From the NCBI GenBank assembly GCA_963828465.1, contig CAWHEU010000020.1, positions 192,001 through 256,000 of the forward strand: a stretch of 64,000 nucleotides of DNA, written 5' to 3'. The notes below the pieces were generated by a model. The model saw nothing but the letters and a program-made list of their open reading frames with translations. It had not been told where the DNA came from and ran no database searches. Positions 1 through 9,531 of this stretch are shown here, in pieces. The position numbers and the translations under genes are program-made. The DNA comes from an uncultured Acidobacteriota bacterium (GTDB lineage: Bacteria; Actinomycetota; Acidimicrobiia; Spongiisociales; ZC4RG35). Within the stretch, counting starts at the first letter, position 1. Every line of letters starts with the position of its first letter.

Positions 1-250
1 GGGCTACCTGCAGTGGGTGCAGGGCCTCGCCGCCGGATTCGGCGATGCCGAGGTCTCAGGCGACTGTGAGACGGATATCTCGGCGCTCAGGGCGATCATC
101 GAGGAGAGCAGTTCGATGTCCGACCTCACGATGACCGAAGTGGTCCAAGTGGGCAGCCTGGTGGCTTCCGTCTCCACCGCATGCACCCCGGAGAGGGCAG
201 AGGAGTTCTTTGCCGAGCCAGACGTGGCGGCCTTCCTGGAAAGCCAGTAG
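1..250 (+). CDS. Hypothetical protein, 5'-truncated C-terminal part
   Basis: Open frame from the window edge (GYLQWVQGL...) to TAG at 248-250, followed by a strong hairpin. Confidence 0.6.
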   Translation, partial: GYLQWVQGLAAGFGDAEVSGDCETDISALRAIIEESSSMSDLTMTEVVQVGSLVASVSTACTPERAEEFFAEPDVAAFLESQ

Positions 251-253
251 GAC

Positions 254-279
254 GAGCGGCAACCCTGAGGTTGCCGCTT
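254..279. terminator. GC-rich hairpin terminator GAGCGGCAACC-CTGA-GGTTGCCGCTT
   Basis: Near-perfect 11-bp inverted repeat directly after the stop at 250; could also end the minus-strand sRNA candidate. Confidence 0.65.
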
Positions 280-406
280 GGAGGGGTTCCCGCATTGCCC
301 TGTGAAGCCGGGGAAGCTTCTAGAGGGGGGACTCAATTAGGGCTTTGAGGGACCTGAATCCAATTCTGTACACCCCGAGCCCCCTTGGACGGGCAGAACC
401 GGACTC
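254..406 (-). ncRNA. Candidate small RNA with two C-rich loops (F6/6C-like)
   Basis: TATAGT -10 at 419-414; 13-bp stem GAGUCCGGUUCUG/CAGAAUUGGAUUC; GCCCU/AGGGC stem enclosing GAG-UCCCCC-CUC and GAAGCU-UCCCC-GGCUUC; ends in a terminator hairpin. Confidence 0.6.
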
Positions 407-444
407 ATTTCGAACTATACGCAGTCGCGCTAGTTCGCGAAGAA

Positions 445-1011
445 TCAGGTCTCGAAGTCCTTGTGGGACCTGCTGGCGGTGGGCCCGGTCTGACCCTGAT
501 ACTTGGAGCCGAGCTCGGGCGAGCCGTAGGGGAGGTCGGCCTCGGTCGTCATCTGATAAAAGCTGACCTGGCCGATCTTCATCCCCGGATAGATGGCGAT
601 GGGGAGGGTGGCGACGTTGGACAGCTCCAGGGTGATGTGGCCCTCGAAGCCTGGGTCGATGAAGCCGGCGGTGGAATGGATGAGGAGGCCGAGACGGCCC
701 AGGGACGACTTTCCCTCGAGACGGGCGACCACGTCGTTGCCCAGCTTGACTCTCTCCAGGGTGGATCCCAGGACGAATTCCCCGGGATGGAGCATGAATG
801 GCTCCTCGTCACCCACCTCGACCAGCCTGGTCAGGTCGGACTGGGGGTCGCGTGGGTCGATGAGGCTGTACCGGTGGTTGACGAACACCCGGAACCCGTC
901 ACCCACCCGCAGGTCGACCGAGGACGGCTGGACATACGACGGCTCGTAGGGGTCGATCTGGATCAGACCCGATTCGATGGCCTCACGTATTGAGCGGTCG
1001 GAGAAGATCAC
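445..1011 (-). CDS. dcd: dCTP deaminase
   Basis: [35 protein letters not shown] and KYQGQ motifs. Confidence 0.95.
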   Translation of the reverse strand: MIFSDRSIREAIESGLIQIDPYEPSYVQPSSVDLRVGDGFRVFVNHRYSLIDPRDPQSDLTRLVEVGDEEPFMLHPGEFVLGSTLERVKLGNDVVARLEGKSSLGRLGLLIHSTAGFIDPGFEGHITLELSNVATLPIAIYPGMKIGQVSFYQMTTEADLPYGSPELGSKYQGQTGPTASRSHKDFET

Positions 1012-1023
1012 GGGAAGATGGTA

Positions 1024-1100
1024 GAGCGGGTGAAGGGAATCGAACCCCGCTCCGAGCCATGGGCACTCGCTCGTTGTGAAGCGGGTGAAGGGAATCGAAC
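1024..1100 (-). repeat. Two truncated direct copies of the tRNA-Gly 3' end
   Basis: AGCGGGTGAAGGGAATCGAAC occurs at 1025-1045, 1080-1100 and in the tRNA at 1104-1124; the first copy extends to about 1063. Confidence 0.9.
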
Positions 1101-1174
1101 TGGAGCGGGTGAAGGGAATCGAACCCTCGCTCCGAGCTTGGGAAGCTCGTGTTCTACCATTGAACTACACCCGC
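1101..1174 (-). tRNA. tRNA-Gly (anticodon CCC)
   Basis: GCGGGTGTAGTTCAATGGTAGAACACGAGCTTCCCAAGCTCGGAGCGAGGGTTCGATTCCCTTCACCCGCTCCA: cloverleaf, TTCGA T-loop, encoded CCA. Confidence 0.97.
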
Positions 1175-1223
1175 GATCGCCCCGAGATTACCGGATTCAG
1201 GTGCATGCCAGAAGGCCGCCTCA

Positions 1224-1928
1224 TCAGATCCCGAGCACCGACTTCCTCAATTCCGGGTTGTTGGCCATCCCGGCGGCATCGCCTTCCATCACGACGCGGC
1301 CCTCGGCGAGCAGGTAGGCGCGTGAGGACACGTCGAGTGCCCGTTGCACATTCTGCTCCACCAGCAACACGCCAACACCCTCTCCACGCACAGCCTCGAT
1401 GACGTCGAACACCTCGTCGACGACGACGGGCGCCAGTCCGAGAGAAGGCTCGTCCATGAGAAGCAGGCGTGGTCGGGCCATGAGCGCCCGGCCGATCGCC
1501 AGCATCTGCTGCTCGCCGCCACTGAGACTCCCGGCGAGCTGGTCTTTCCTCTCGGCGAGACGAGGGAAAAGGGTGTGGACCCACTGCAATGACTCGCCGT
1601 GATGCTCTCTGGCGACACGGTTGAAGGCACCGAGGTCGAGATTGCCCTCCACGCTCATCGCCGAGAACAACCGTCTGCCCTCGGGGACGATGGCGACTCC
1701 GGCTCGGCACACCCGATGCCCCGGAATGCCGGTCATGTCTTGGTCGTCCAGCACGATCCGCCCCTGGCGTGGCCGGAGGATGCCCATGATGGAGTTGACC
1801 AATGTCGATTTCCCGGCCCCATTCGGCCCGACGATGGAGACCACCTCACCGCTGCCGACGGTCATCGATACCCCCCAGAGGGCCTGGGCGTCGCCGTAGA
1901 AGACGTCGAGGTCAATCACCTGGAGCAT
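1224..1928 (-). CDS. Branched-chain amino acid-type ABC transporter ATPase (LivF-like)
   Basis: GPNGAGKST, LSGGEQQMLAIGRALM, DEPSLGLAP, LLVEQN. Confidence 0.93.
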   Translation of the reverse strand: MLQVIDLDVFYGDAQALWGVSMTVGSGEVVSIVGPNGAGKSTLVNSIMGILRPRQGRIVLDDQDMTGIPGHRVCRAGVAIVPEGRRLFSAMSVEGNLDLGAFNRVAREHHGESLQWVHTLFPRLAERKDQLAGSLSGGEQQMLAIGRALMARPRLLLMDEPSLGLAPVVVDEVFDVIEAVRGEGVGVLLVEQNVQRALDVSSRAYLLAEGRVVMEGDAAGMANNPELRKSVLGI

Positions 1929-3822
1929 CGGCCTGCCTTCCCAGATACGCCTTGACCACGGCCGGGTCCCTCATGACCACCGCCGGCTCTCCTTCTGCCA
2001 GCTCGAGGCCATGATCGAGGACCACGATCCTCGTGGCCAGCTGGTTCACCACCCTGAGCAGGTGCTCCACGAGCACGATGCTCACCCCCGACTGGCGGAT
2101 CCGGCGGACGACGTCGACCGCGTTGTCGATCTCCACCGGATTGAGGCCGGCCAGGGCCTCGTCGAGGAGCAGGAGCGACGGCCGCGTGGCGATTGCTCGT
2201 GCCATCTCGAGCAGCTGGCGTTGGTGGAGGTTGATCTCTCCTGGCAGGGCGTCGGCGCGGCCACCAATGCCAACCAGGTCCAGGTACTCGACCGCAGCGC
2301 GTCTCGAGGCATCGAGGCCGAGGGGCTCGCGGCCGAACATGATCGCCATTGCCACGTTGTCCAGGACGGTGAGGGATGTGAAGGGTCTTGGGATCTGATA
2401 GGTGCGAGCGATGCCGAGATGGGCGATCCGATGCGGTCTCGATCCGACGATCCCTTCCCCGTCGAGCGAAATGGTCCCTGTGGTCGGTTGGAAGGCACCC
2501 GATATCAGGTTGACCAGCGTGGTCTTGCCCGAGCCGTTGGGCCCGACAAGACCAACCAGCTCACCCTCGTGGACGGTCAACGAGACGCCGCGCAGCGCCC
2601 GGACCCCGCCGAAGGTCTTCACCACATCCTGAGCCGCCAGCAGTGGTCGGCCTGTTACCGCCCTCTCGGCTGTCGCCTCGTCGCCGACCGGCGCATGATG
2701 CTCTTCGGGCGGTCCGGTGTCGCTTTCGCTCTGTGACGGGCGCGTTCGCCCGCCAGGTATGAAGGCAATGACCGCCGTCACTCCGAGCGCCAGAGCCAGC
2801 GACGTGACCGGGTCGGTCGTGACTCCCAGAAGCCACAGCCCGAGGAAGATCACCACGAACACACTCGCTGAGAGCCATGGTCGCCGGCGAAATCCGGCCA
2901 TGAGGCCCTGAGGGGCGAGCAACATGACAAGAACCAGGATCACACCGAGAACGATCAGGCTCCAGCCCTCGAAGCCTCCGGATGCGAGGCGGTTCTGGAG
3001 GGTGTAAACGTAGATGGCGCCCACCATCGGGCCGGCCCAATGGCCTCGACCTCCGAGCACGCTCATCACGATGACGAAGAGGGGGACGTCGAGGTTGAAC
3101 GTTCCCTCGACGCTGACGAATCCCAGCTGCAGGGCGGCGACCGCGCCGGAAATCCCTGCGATCAGCCCGGTGACCCCGATCGCGATCATCTTGTGGAGGA
3201 AGGTGGGCACACCGAGGCCCTCGGCGACGTCCTCGTCGTCCCGGATCGTGAACAGAGCCCAGCCGTAGCGCGTGTGCTGCATCACGTAGGCGACGGCCAG
3301 GGCGAACAGGGCGACGACTCCGCTCACTACGAAGACGAACTCCTGGAACTGGCTCAAGAAAGACGGCGCCTCAGGCACCGGGATGACGATTCCCTGCCCG
3401 CCGTCGATGGTTTTCGAGAGCCGTGCCACCGAGGCGAGGATGAAGGGGATCGCCAGCGTGAGCAGGGCGAAGATCTCGCCCCGCAGCGATCTGAGCCGGA
3501 AGGCGATTGTGCCGATGGCCAGACCGAGCAGCATGGAGGCGACCCCCGCAACCACGGCGGCCACCCACCAGCTCATCCCTTGACGGCCGAAGAGGACCGC
3601 CATCGTGTAGACCCCAACGCCGAAGAAGGCGCCCTGGCCGAAGCTGAAGTATCCGCTGTAGCCGGAGAGGATGTTCCAGCTGGTGGACTGAGCGGTCCAG
3701 AACAGAATCCCCGAGAGGAAGATCAGGTAGAACATGGGGAATTCTGTGGCGTGACGTATCGCGGGCAGGGCTACCAGAGCCACCGCGATCCCGACCAGAG
3801 CCATCCATCCCTTGTGGCGCAC
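1912..3822 (-). CDS. Fused LivM-like permease and LivG-like ATPase
   Basis: N-terminal WNILSGYSGYFSFGQ permease; C-terminal GPNGSGKTT, IARTYQ, DEALAGL, LVEH. Confidence 0.9.
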   Translation of the reverse strand: MRHKGWMALVGIAVALVALPAIRHATEFPMFYLIFLSGILFWTAQSTSWNILSGYSGYFSFGQGAFFGVGVYTMAVLFGRQGMSWWVAAVVAGVASMLLGLAIGTIAFRLRSLRGEIFALLTLAIPFILASVARLSKTIDGGQGIVIPVPEAPSFLSQFQEFVFVVSGVVALFALAVAYVMQHTRYGWALFTIRDDEDVAEGLGVPTFLHKMIAIGVTGLIAGISGAVAALQLGFVSVEGTFNLDVPLFVIVMSVLGGRGHWAGPMVGAIYVYTLQNRLASGGFEGWSLIVLGVILVLVMLLAPQGLMAGFRRRPWLSASVFVVIFLGLWLLGVTTDPVTSLALALGVTAVIAFIPGGRTRPSQSESDTGPPEEHHAPVGDEATAERAVTGRPLLAAQDVVKTFGGVRALRGVSLTVHEGELVGLVGPNGSGKTTLVNLISGAFQPTTGTISLDGEGIVGSRPHRIAHLGIARTYQIPRPFTSLTVLDNVAMAIMFGREPLGLDASRRAAVEYLDLVGIGGRADALPGEINLHQRQLLEMARAIATRPSLLLLDEALAGLNPVEIDNAVDVVRRIRQSGVSIVLVEHLLRVVNQLATRIVVLDHGLELAEGEPAVVMRDPAVVKAYLGRQADAPGD

Positions 3823-4689
3823 TCAGCCCCCCTTCTGCGGGAAGAGGCCCTTGGGGCGGAACACCAGGGCGAGGACCACCAGGGAGAAGACGACAAACGG
3901 CGATGTGGACGGGGTCCACACCACCGCCACCAGCCCCGATATCGCGCCGACGAGGAGCCCGGCGTACAGCGTGCCCGTGACATTGCCGATGCCACCGAGG
4001 ATGACGATGGCAAAGACCAGGCCGATCCACTCGAAGGGCAGGTCCGGGGTGAGCGTGCCGCCGATCGGGAACAACATCCCGGCGATCGCGGCGCTGGCAC
4101 CCACTGCGCCGGCGAGCAGCACCCCCAGGAGGCGATGGTCGATGCCGAAGGCCGAGGCGATCTCCCTGTCCTGACCGAAGGCCTGCAGAGCCCTCCCGGC
4201 GTACGTTCGCCCGAGCACCAGTTCCGCCGCTGCGACCAGGACGACAGCGAACCCGGCGGCCAGGAGCGTGGGAACCGGGAACCTGAGTGAGCCGACCCCC
4301 ACCGACTTGGCCGAAAAGGGGTTTAGCTCGGCCGGTAGCCGCAGGAAGTCTGCTGTCCAGATGTTGGTCACGACCTGCACCGTGATGATCAGCAGCCCAT
4401 AGCTGATGAGGAGGGAGTTGAGCTCGGAGACATCGAACCGCTCGTAACCGAGTTGGATCATCGCTCCGACCAGGAACATGAGGGGGGCGGTGATCACGAT
4501 CGTGGCAATCGGGCCCAAGCCGATAGATGTCGCCAGTTCGAAGGTGAGATAACCCGAGAGGAGGATCATCGCGAAATGGGCCAGATTGATGACCTTGAGG
4601 AATCCCCAGGCGAGGGAAAGCCCCAGGGCCATCAGGGCGAACAGGCTGCCATTGAGAGCGCCTGAGACGGCCGCCTGCAGCTCGATCAC
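3823..4689 (-). CDS. LivH-like ABC permease
   Basis: ALGLSLAWGFLKVINLAH, ILGGIG, FRPKGLF. Confidence 0.92.
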   Translation of the reverse strand: MIELQAAVSGALNGSLFALMALGLSLAWGFLKVINLAHFAMILLSGYLTFELATSIGLGPIATIVITAPLMFLVGAMIQLGYERFDVSELNSLLISYGLLIITVQVVTNIWTADFLRLPAELNPFSAKSVGVGSLRFPVPTLLAAGFAVVLVAAAELVLGRTYAGRALQAFGQDREIASAFGIDHRLLGVLLAGAVGASAAIAGMLFPIGGTLTPDLPFEWIGLVFAIVILGGIGNVTGTLYAGLLVGAISGLVAVVWTPSTSPFVVFSLVVLALVFRPKGLFPQKGG

Positions 4690-4777
4690 CAGGTAGTCAC
4701 CCGGGAACGTCGAACACCGACAGGAGCCCCGGATCTCCGTTCAGAGGAGACCCGGGGCGCCTGTGCATCCGCTCTGC

Positions 4778-6122
4778 TCAGCCCGCGGGTCCGGCCAGCG
4801 TGCCCGCCGCGATGTCCTCCGGCCAGACCATCACCCATTCGGAGCCCTGGATCTGCTTGAGGCCCTCGGTGGTCTCCCAGAAGTTGTTCACCGCCGTATC
4901 GAAGGTGACCGCTCCGCTGAAAGTCAGGTCGGCACCGGTCGAGTGCAGCGAGTCGCAAATCCCTTGTCCGTCGGTCGAGCCGGCCCCTTCGACACCCTGG
5001 ACCAGGATCTCCCATGCGTTCCAGGAGGCGGCGGCCTGGGTCTCGAAGACCGTGTAGGGGATCTGTGCGGCGGTGGCGCGCTCGGCGAACTCGTCGACGA
5101 TCTCGCCCACCTCGGGATCCATTTGCTCGAGGATCGGCGCGTTTGGCTCGAAAATCGAAACCGAGAGCGTCCCCTGAGCCGCGTCGCCCAATCCGAGCAG
5201 CGGGCCCGGCGCCGGGAAGAGAGCGAACATCATCGGCGGCGCGTAATCGAGCTGCTGCATCGCGTCGATCAGTGAGTTGGCCTCGACACCGAGCCCGTTA
5301 ATCAACACGAGATCAGCGTTGGCGTCACGGACCTGGGCCGCGGTCGAACCCCAGTCCTCGTATCCCGGCGGGTATGGGATGTCGGCCACGATCTCGTAGC
5401 CACGCTCAGGCAGGATGTTGAGCGTCGACGGGTCATCGGGGTCATCCGCGATGCCGTAGCTCACGAATGCGGTCGAACCCGACTCGTTGGTGAGGAGCGC
5501 CACCGTGCTGACGGCACCGTCGAGGCTGTCGAGTGCGTCGGCAATCTGATTCGGGATGAATGAGTTCGGCTCGGGTCCGATCGACCAGCCCGGGAACTGA
5601 CAGGCATAGGTCATCAACGGAGCCAGCACCGCGGTGTGCTGGGGGAGTGTGTACCCGTAGCGCTCGGCTACGGGCATGGCAGCGAGGATGTTCGGTGTCG
5701 GCGTAGGGCCCCATGATCAGGTCGACCTGGTCCTGGCTTATGAGCTGTTCGTAGAGGGGGGCGACGTTGGCGGTGTCTGACTCATCGTCGAGCAGGTTCC
5801 ACTGAACCTCCCGGCCCAGCAGGCCGCCCGCGGTATTGAGCCGTTCGACAAACATGTCACCGGCGAGCTTGTGGATCGCTCCGGTCGCGGCGAACGCTCC
5901 GGTGAGCGAAAGGGTCCCGCCGACGACGATCGGGTCACCAGATCCCTCTGCCGTGGTGCTCGGGGCGCCTGTGGTGGACGGTGCCGCCACCGTGGTGTCG
6001 GACGCTGCCGTCGTGCCCGGCGTTCCTCCGGCAGTGGTGGTGGCAGCGCTGTCGCCGGCGCAAGCCGTGGCCACGAGGGCCAGGACAGACACAATCGCCA
6101 GGATTCGTGCTCGTCTCCTCAC
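4778..6122 (-). CDS. LivK-type ABC substrate-binding lipoprotein (+1 frameshift near 5699)
   Basis: Lipobox LALVATAC, Thr-rich linker, GGTLSLTG, GGLLGREV; ORFs 5442-6122 and 4778-5677 join as GPYA-TPNILAAMP after removing one base. Confidence 0.85.
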
Positions 6123-6314
6123 GTTCTCCTCCTCGTCAGTCGACGGTGCCGCCCCAGCTCATTCCCGGTGCGACCGGGGGGAGCCTGGTGCGACAACTGC
6201 GAGGTTCGACCATATACGAATACTGCACACCGTGCCCGCCACCCGGTCAGAACTTCAGTGTCACTGGACATCGCAAGCGCCACCCGAACAGTGACGCTTG
6301 CAAGTGTGTCGAAT

Positions 6315-9300
6315 TCAGAGGGTGCTGGTCGAAACCGCCTCAGCCGGTCGTCCGGGCTCGATCGGGTCGATGCTGTGGTCCTCGCGGCTGAACCGTCGCT
6401 TGAGCCCGTCGAACAGGGAGTAGACGGCGGGGATCACGAACAGGGTCAACAGTGTCGAGCTGAACAGCCCGCCGATCACCACGGTTGCCAGACTCGCTGA
6501 AAGGAGAGCGCCGTCGCTCAGGCCCAATGCCAGCGGGGTCAGCGCCAGGATGGTGACGATCGCTGTCATGAGTATGGGCCGCAGCCGGGTCTCCGCGCCC
6601 AGCTTGAGGGCCTCCATCGTGTTGAGCCCGTCCTCTCGCTTCAATCGCTCGACGAACTCGAGCATGACGATGGCGTTGGTGACCACGATCCCGATCAGCA
6701 TCAACAGTCCCAGCATCGAGGGCAGACCCAGCTCCCGACCGGTGACAGCCAGGGCCGGGAAGGCGCCGATTGCGGCCAGGGGGAGTGTCAGCAGGATGAC
6801 GAACGGAGTGAGGAGGCTGCCGAACGTGATCACCATCGACAGATAGACCAGTGCCACGGCGATCGCCATGGCCGTCAAGATGCCGGCGAAGCTCTCCTGC
6901 TGCTGCTCGGCTGCCCCGCCAAGACTGGCCTCGACGCCCGCCGGAAGCTCGAGCCCGTCGAGCATGGTCTGGACTTCCATGTTCACGGCGCCAAAGTTCG
7001 GGTCGGTGATAGCGGCAGACACTTCGGCCGATCGGTTGCCGTCGAAATGGGTGACTGCGATTGGGCTGGAGCCCTGCGAGACCACAGCCACATCACCCAG
7101 GGCAACGCCGGGGCCCAGGGGAAGGGCGGCCAGCGCTTCGGGAGTAGCGATTGCTGCCGGGTCGGTTCCCACGATCACGCTGAGCGTGGCGTCGTCGATG
7201 ACGATGTCCGTAGCGGGAATGGGAGTGAGGTAAGCCCTCACCGCACCGGCCAGCGTCGCCGCGTTGAGCCCGGCGCTCGTTGCGGCCGCGTTGTCGACCT
7301 CGATGACGATCTCGGGTCTCTCCCCGAGCAGATTGGACTCGATCCCCTCGATTCCGTCGATATCGGCAAGAGCCTCCTGGACGGCGGCCGAGCCTGCTTC
7401 CACATCCTCGAAGTCGGATCCGGTGACGTTGATGTTCAGGTTCGAGCCTCCGAAATCGGACATGTCGCCGACTTCTGCCACGGTGCCCGACAGACCGGAG
7501 GCCGGGATGAGCGTCTCGATCTCGGTGGTCAGCGTGTCGATGTCGGCTTCTTCGCCGAGGTCGATGACGATCGAAGCACTGTTTGCCCCGCCACCTCCGC
7601 CGCCGATGAGGGCGGCCAAGGGATTGTCTGTGGAGGTTCCAACGACGGTGGCTACTCGCTCGACACCTTCGAGTTCTAGGATCTCGGCCTCGACCACGGC
7701 TACCTGCTCCGACATGGAATCCAGGCTGGTACCTGGCGCTCCTGTGAGGCTCACCGAAAGCGAAGTGGCCTCCTCCGAGGGGAACAATGTCACCGGCACG
7801 GTGGCCAGGGTGGCCATCGAGGCGATCAACAACACGAAGGCGACGATCACGACTGTCCACCTGTGATCGAGGGCCCAGGCAAGGGGCTTGCGGTATACCC
7901 GGCGGAGAGCGGTGTCGTCAGCGCCCAGCTCCTCCTCGGCCTCACCTTCCTTGCGGTGCGACCGCTTGAGGAGGGTTATGGCGAGAACCGGGACCACTGT
8001 CACGGCGACGATCAGACTGGCCAGCAAGGCGAAGGTCACGGTGAGGGCGAATCCCACGAACACCTGGCCGACCAGACCGCCAATGAAGGCGAGCGGGAGG
8101 AAAACGGCAACGGTGGTGATCGTGCTGGCGGTGATGGCTGGGACCATCTGGGTCGTGCCCTTAAGCACCGCCTCACTTCTCTCATAGCCCTCATCGAGGA
8201 GCCGATGGATGTTCTCGAGCACCACGATGGCGTCGTCGATCACCCGCCCGATCGCCACCGACAGGGCGCCCAGCGTGAGGATATTGAGGGTGATCCCCTC
8301 CAGGTTCATAAGGATGAAGGCGACGAGCAGGGAGAGGGGGATCGAGATGCCGGAGACGAGAGTGCCCCGGAAACTGCGGAGGAAGACCAGGATCATGAGG
8401 ACGGCAAGGATCCCGCCGATAACCGCGTCACGGGTCATCTCACTGACCGAGTTCTGGATCTCAGGCGCCTGGTTGATCACTGGAGTGACTGTGATCCCAG
8501 CGGGCACGGTCACCGTCTCGATGGCCTCGGACACGGCGTCCACCGTGTCAACTGTGTTCTCGCCCTGAGCCTTGATGATCTCGACCGACATCGCCGGCTG
8601 GCCGTCGAGGCGGCTCACGGTAGAGCCGCTCCCGTTCTCGACCAGGCTCACGTCGGCGATCTGGGAAAGGGCTACCGGAGGCGTGCCGGGCACCATTCCC
8701 GGCACCAGCAGGTTCTCGATGCCTTCGACTCCGTCGAGCTCGGCGACGACGCGAGCCGGGAGCTGGAAGCCACTCGCGCTGACGCTTCCCACCGGAACAG
8801 ACACCTGGGCTGAGCCGAGAGCGGTCATGACACCTGCAGTGGTGACACCGGCCTGCGACATCGCTTCCGGATCGAGAGTCACCGCAACTGCCTCGTTGCT
8901 CCCACCCGCGACGCGGATCTCGGCAACTTCGCTGACGCGTTCGATTGCCGGAGCCAAAGCGGTGGTAACGAAGTCCTCGAGCGCAGCCGGATCATCTCCC
9001 GACACGGCGACCGAATACACCGGGAAGGCATCGAGGGAGATGCGCTGAACTTGGGTTTCCGCTCCGACAGGAAGATTCAGGCCGGCGACAGCCTCACGGA
9101 TCTCGGTATGGACCTCGTCCATGTCGGTCCCGAACTCATAGGAGGCCGACACGATGGCCACACCCTCGAGATTGGTCGATTGGACATGCTCCAGATTGCT
9201 GGTGGAGAGGAAAGCGCCCTCGATGGGGACTGCAAGGTCCTCGGCAACCTCGTTCGGGCCCGCCCCGGGCATAGTGGCGGTCACGACCAGGTTGGGGATC

Positions 9301-9425
9301 TCCAGCGACGGGAACAGCTCCCGGTTGAGTTGGCCGACCGAGTAGACACCGGCGGCGATCAGCATCGCCACCACCAGCAGGGTGACGGTGCGATAACGCA
9401 GGGAGATTCGGGCGAGGCGGGTCAA
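6315..9425 (-). CDS. RND-family efflux transporter (AcrB/SwrC-like)
   Basis: 1036 aa, two large extracellular loops, GRVIDDAIVVLEN, VVTNAIV, RLRPILMT. Confidence 0.93.
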   Translation of the reverse strand: MTRLARISLRYRTVTLLVVAMLIAAGVYSVGQLNRELFPSLEIPNLVVTATMPGAGPNEVAEDLAVPIEGAFLSTSNLEHVQSTNLEGVAIVSASYEFGTDMDEVHTEIREAVAGLNLPVGAETQVQRISLDAFPVYSVAVSGDDPAALEDFVTTALAPAIERVSEVAEIRVAGGSNEAVAVTLDPEAMSQAGVTTAGVMTALGSAQVSVPVGSVSASGFQLPARVVAELDGVEGIENLLVPGMVPGTPPVALSQIADVSLVENGSGSTVSRLDGQPAMSVEIIKAQGENTVDTVDAVSEAIETVTVPAGITVTPVINQAPEIQNSVSEMTRDAVIGGILAVLMILVFLRSFRGTLVSGISIPLSLLVAFILMNLEGITLNILTLGALSVAIGRVIDDAIVVLENIHRLLDEGYERSEAVLKGTTQMVPAITASTITTVAVFLPLAFIGGLVGQVFVGFALTVTFALLASLIVAVTVVPVLAITLLKRSHRKEGEAEEELGADDTALRRVYRKPLAWALDHRWTVVIVAFVLLIASMATLATVPVTLFPSEEATSLSVSLTGAPGTSLDSMSEQVAVVEAEILELEGVERVATVVGTSTDNPLAALIGGGGGGANSASIVIDLGEEADIDTLTTEIETLIPASGLSGTVAEVGDMSDFGGSNLNINVTGSDFEDVEAGSAAVQEALADIDGIEGIESNLLGERPEIVIEVDNAAATSAGLNAATLAGAVRAYLTPIPATDIVIDDATLSVIVGTDPAAIATPEALAALPLGPGVALGDVAVVSQGSSPIAVTHFDGNRSAEVSAAITDPNFGAVNMEVQTMLDGLELPAGVEASLGGAAEQQQESFAGILTAMAIAVALVYLSMVITFGSLLTPFVILLTLPLAAIGAFPALAVTGRELGLPSMLGLLMLIGIVVTNAIVMLEFVERLKREDGLNTMEALKLGAETRLRPILMTAIVTILALTPLALGLSDGALLSASLATVVIGGLFSSTLLTLFVIPAVYSLFDGLKRRFSREDHSIDPIEPGRPAEAVSTSTL

Positions 9426-9458
9426 GGTTTCCTCCGATGGGGATGAGTGGAAGGCTCT

Positions 9459-9524
9459 AATTTAGACTGGAACTGTCATTTGTCAATCCCTGACAATTGA
9501 CAGCGGGTGCCAAACGACTATCTT
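9459..9524. promoter_or_regulatory. Divergent sigma70 promoters overlapping a TetR-type operator palindrome
   Basis: CTGTCATTTGTCA-N5-TGACAATTGACAG at 9473-9503 (12 of 13 bp inverted); + strand TTGACA-N16-TATCTT; - strand TTGACA-N16-TAAATT. Confidence 0.8.
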
Positions 9525-9531
9525 GAGGTCT

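Noticed and set aside
254-406. 6S RNA or Ms1 RNA
   Set aside because: By hand it folds better as separate domains than as one rod with a central bubble, and it is short for Ms1; not fully excluded without a covariance-model search
411-437. CGAAC...GTTCG as a LexA SOS box
   Set aside because: The spacer is 17 nt rather than 4; more likely a hairpin after dcd
1018-1174. Triple 21-nt repeat as a mini CRISPR array
   Set aside because: The repeat is the tRNA 3' end, the spacers are irregular (34 and 3 nt), and no cas genes are present
1101-1174. tRNA-Gly as a +1 frameshift suppressor explaining the ten frameshifts
   Set aside because: It has a normal 7-nt anticodon loop, and the frameshift sites are not GGGG codons
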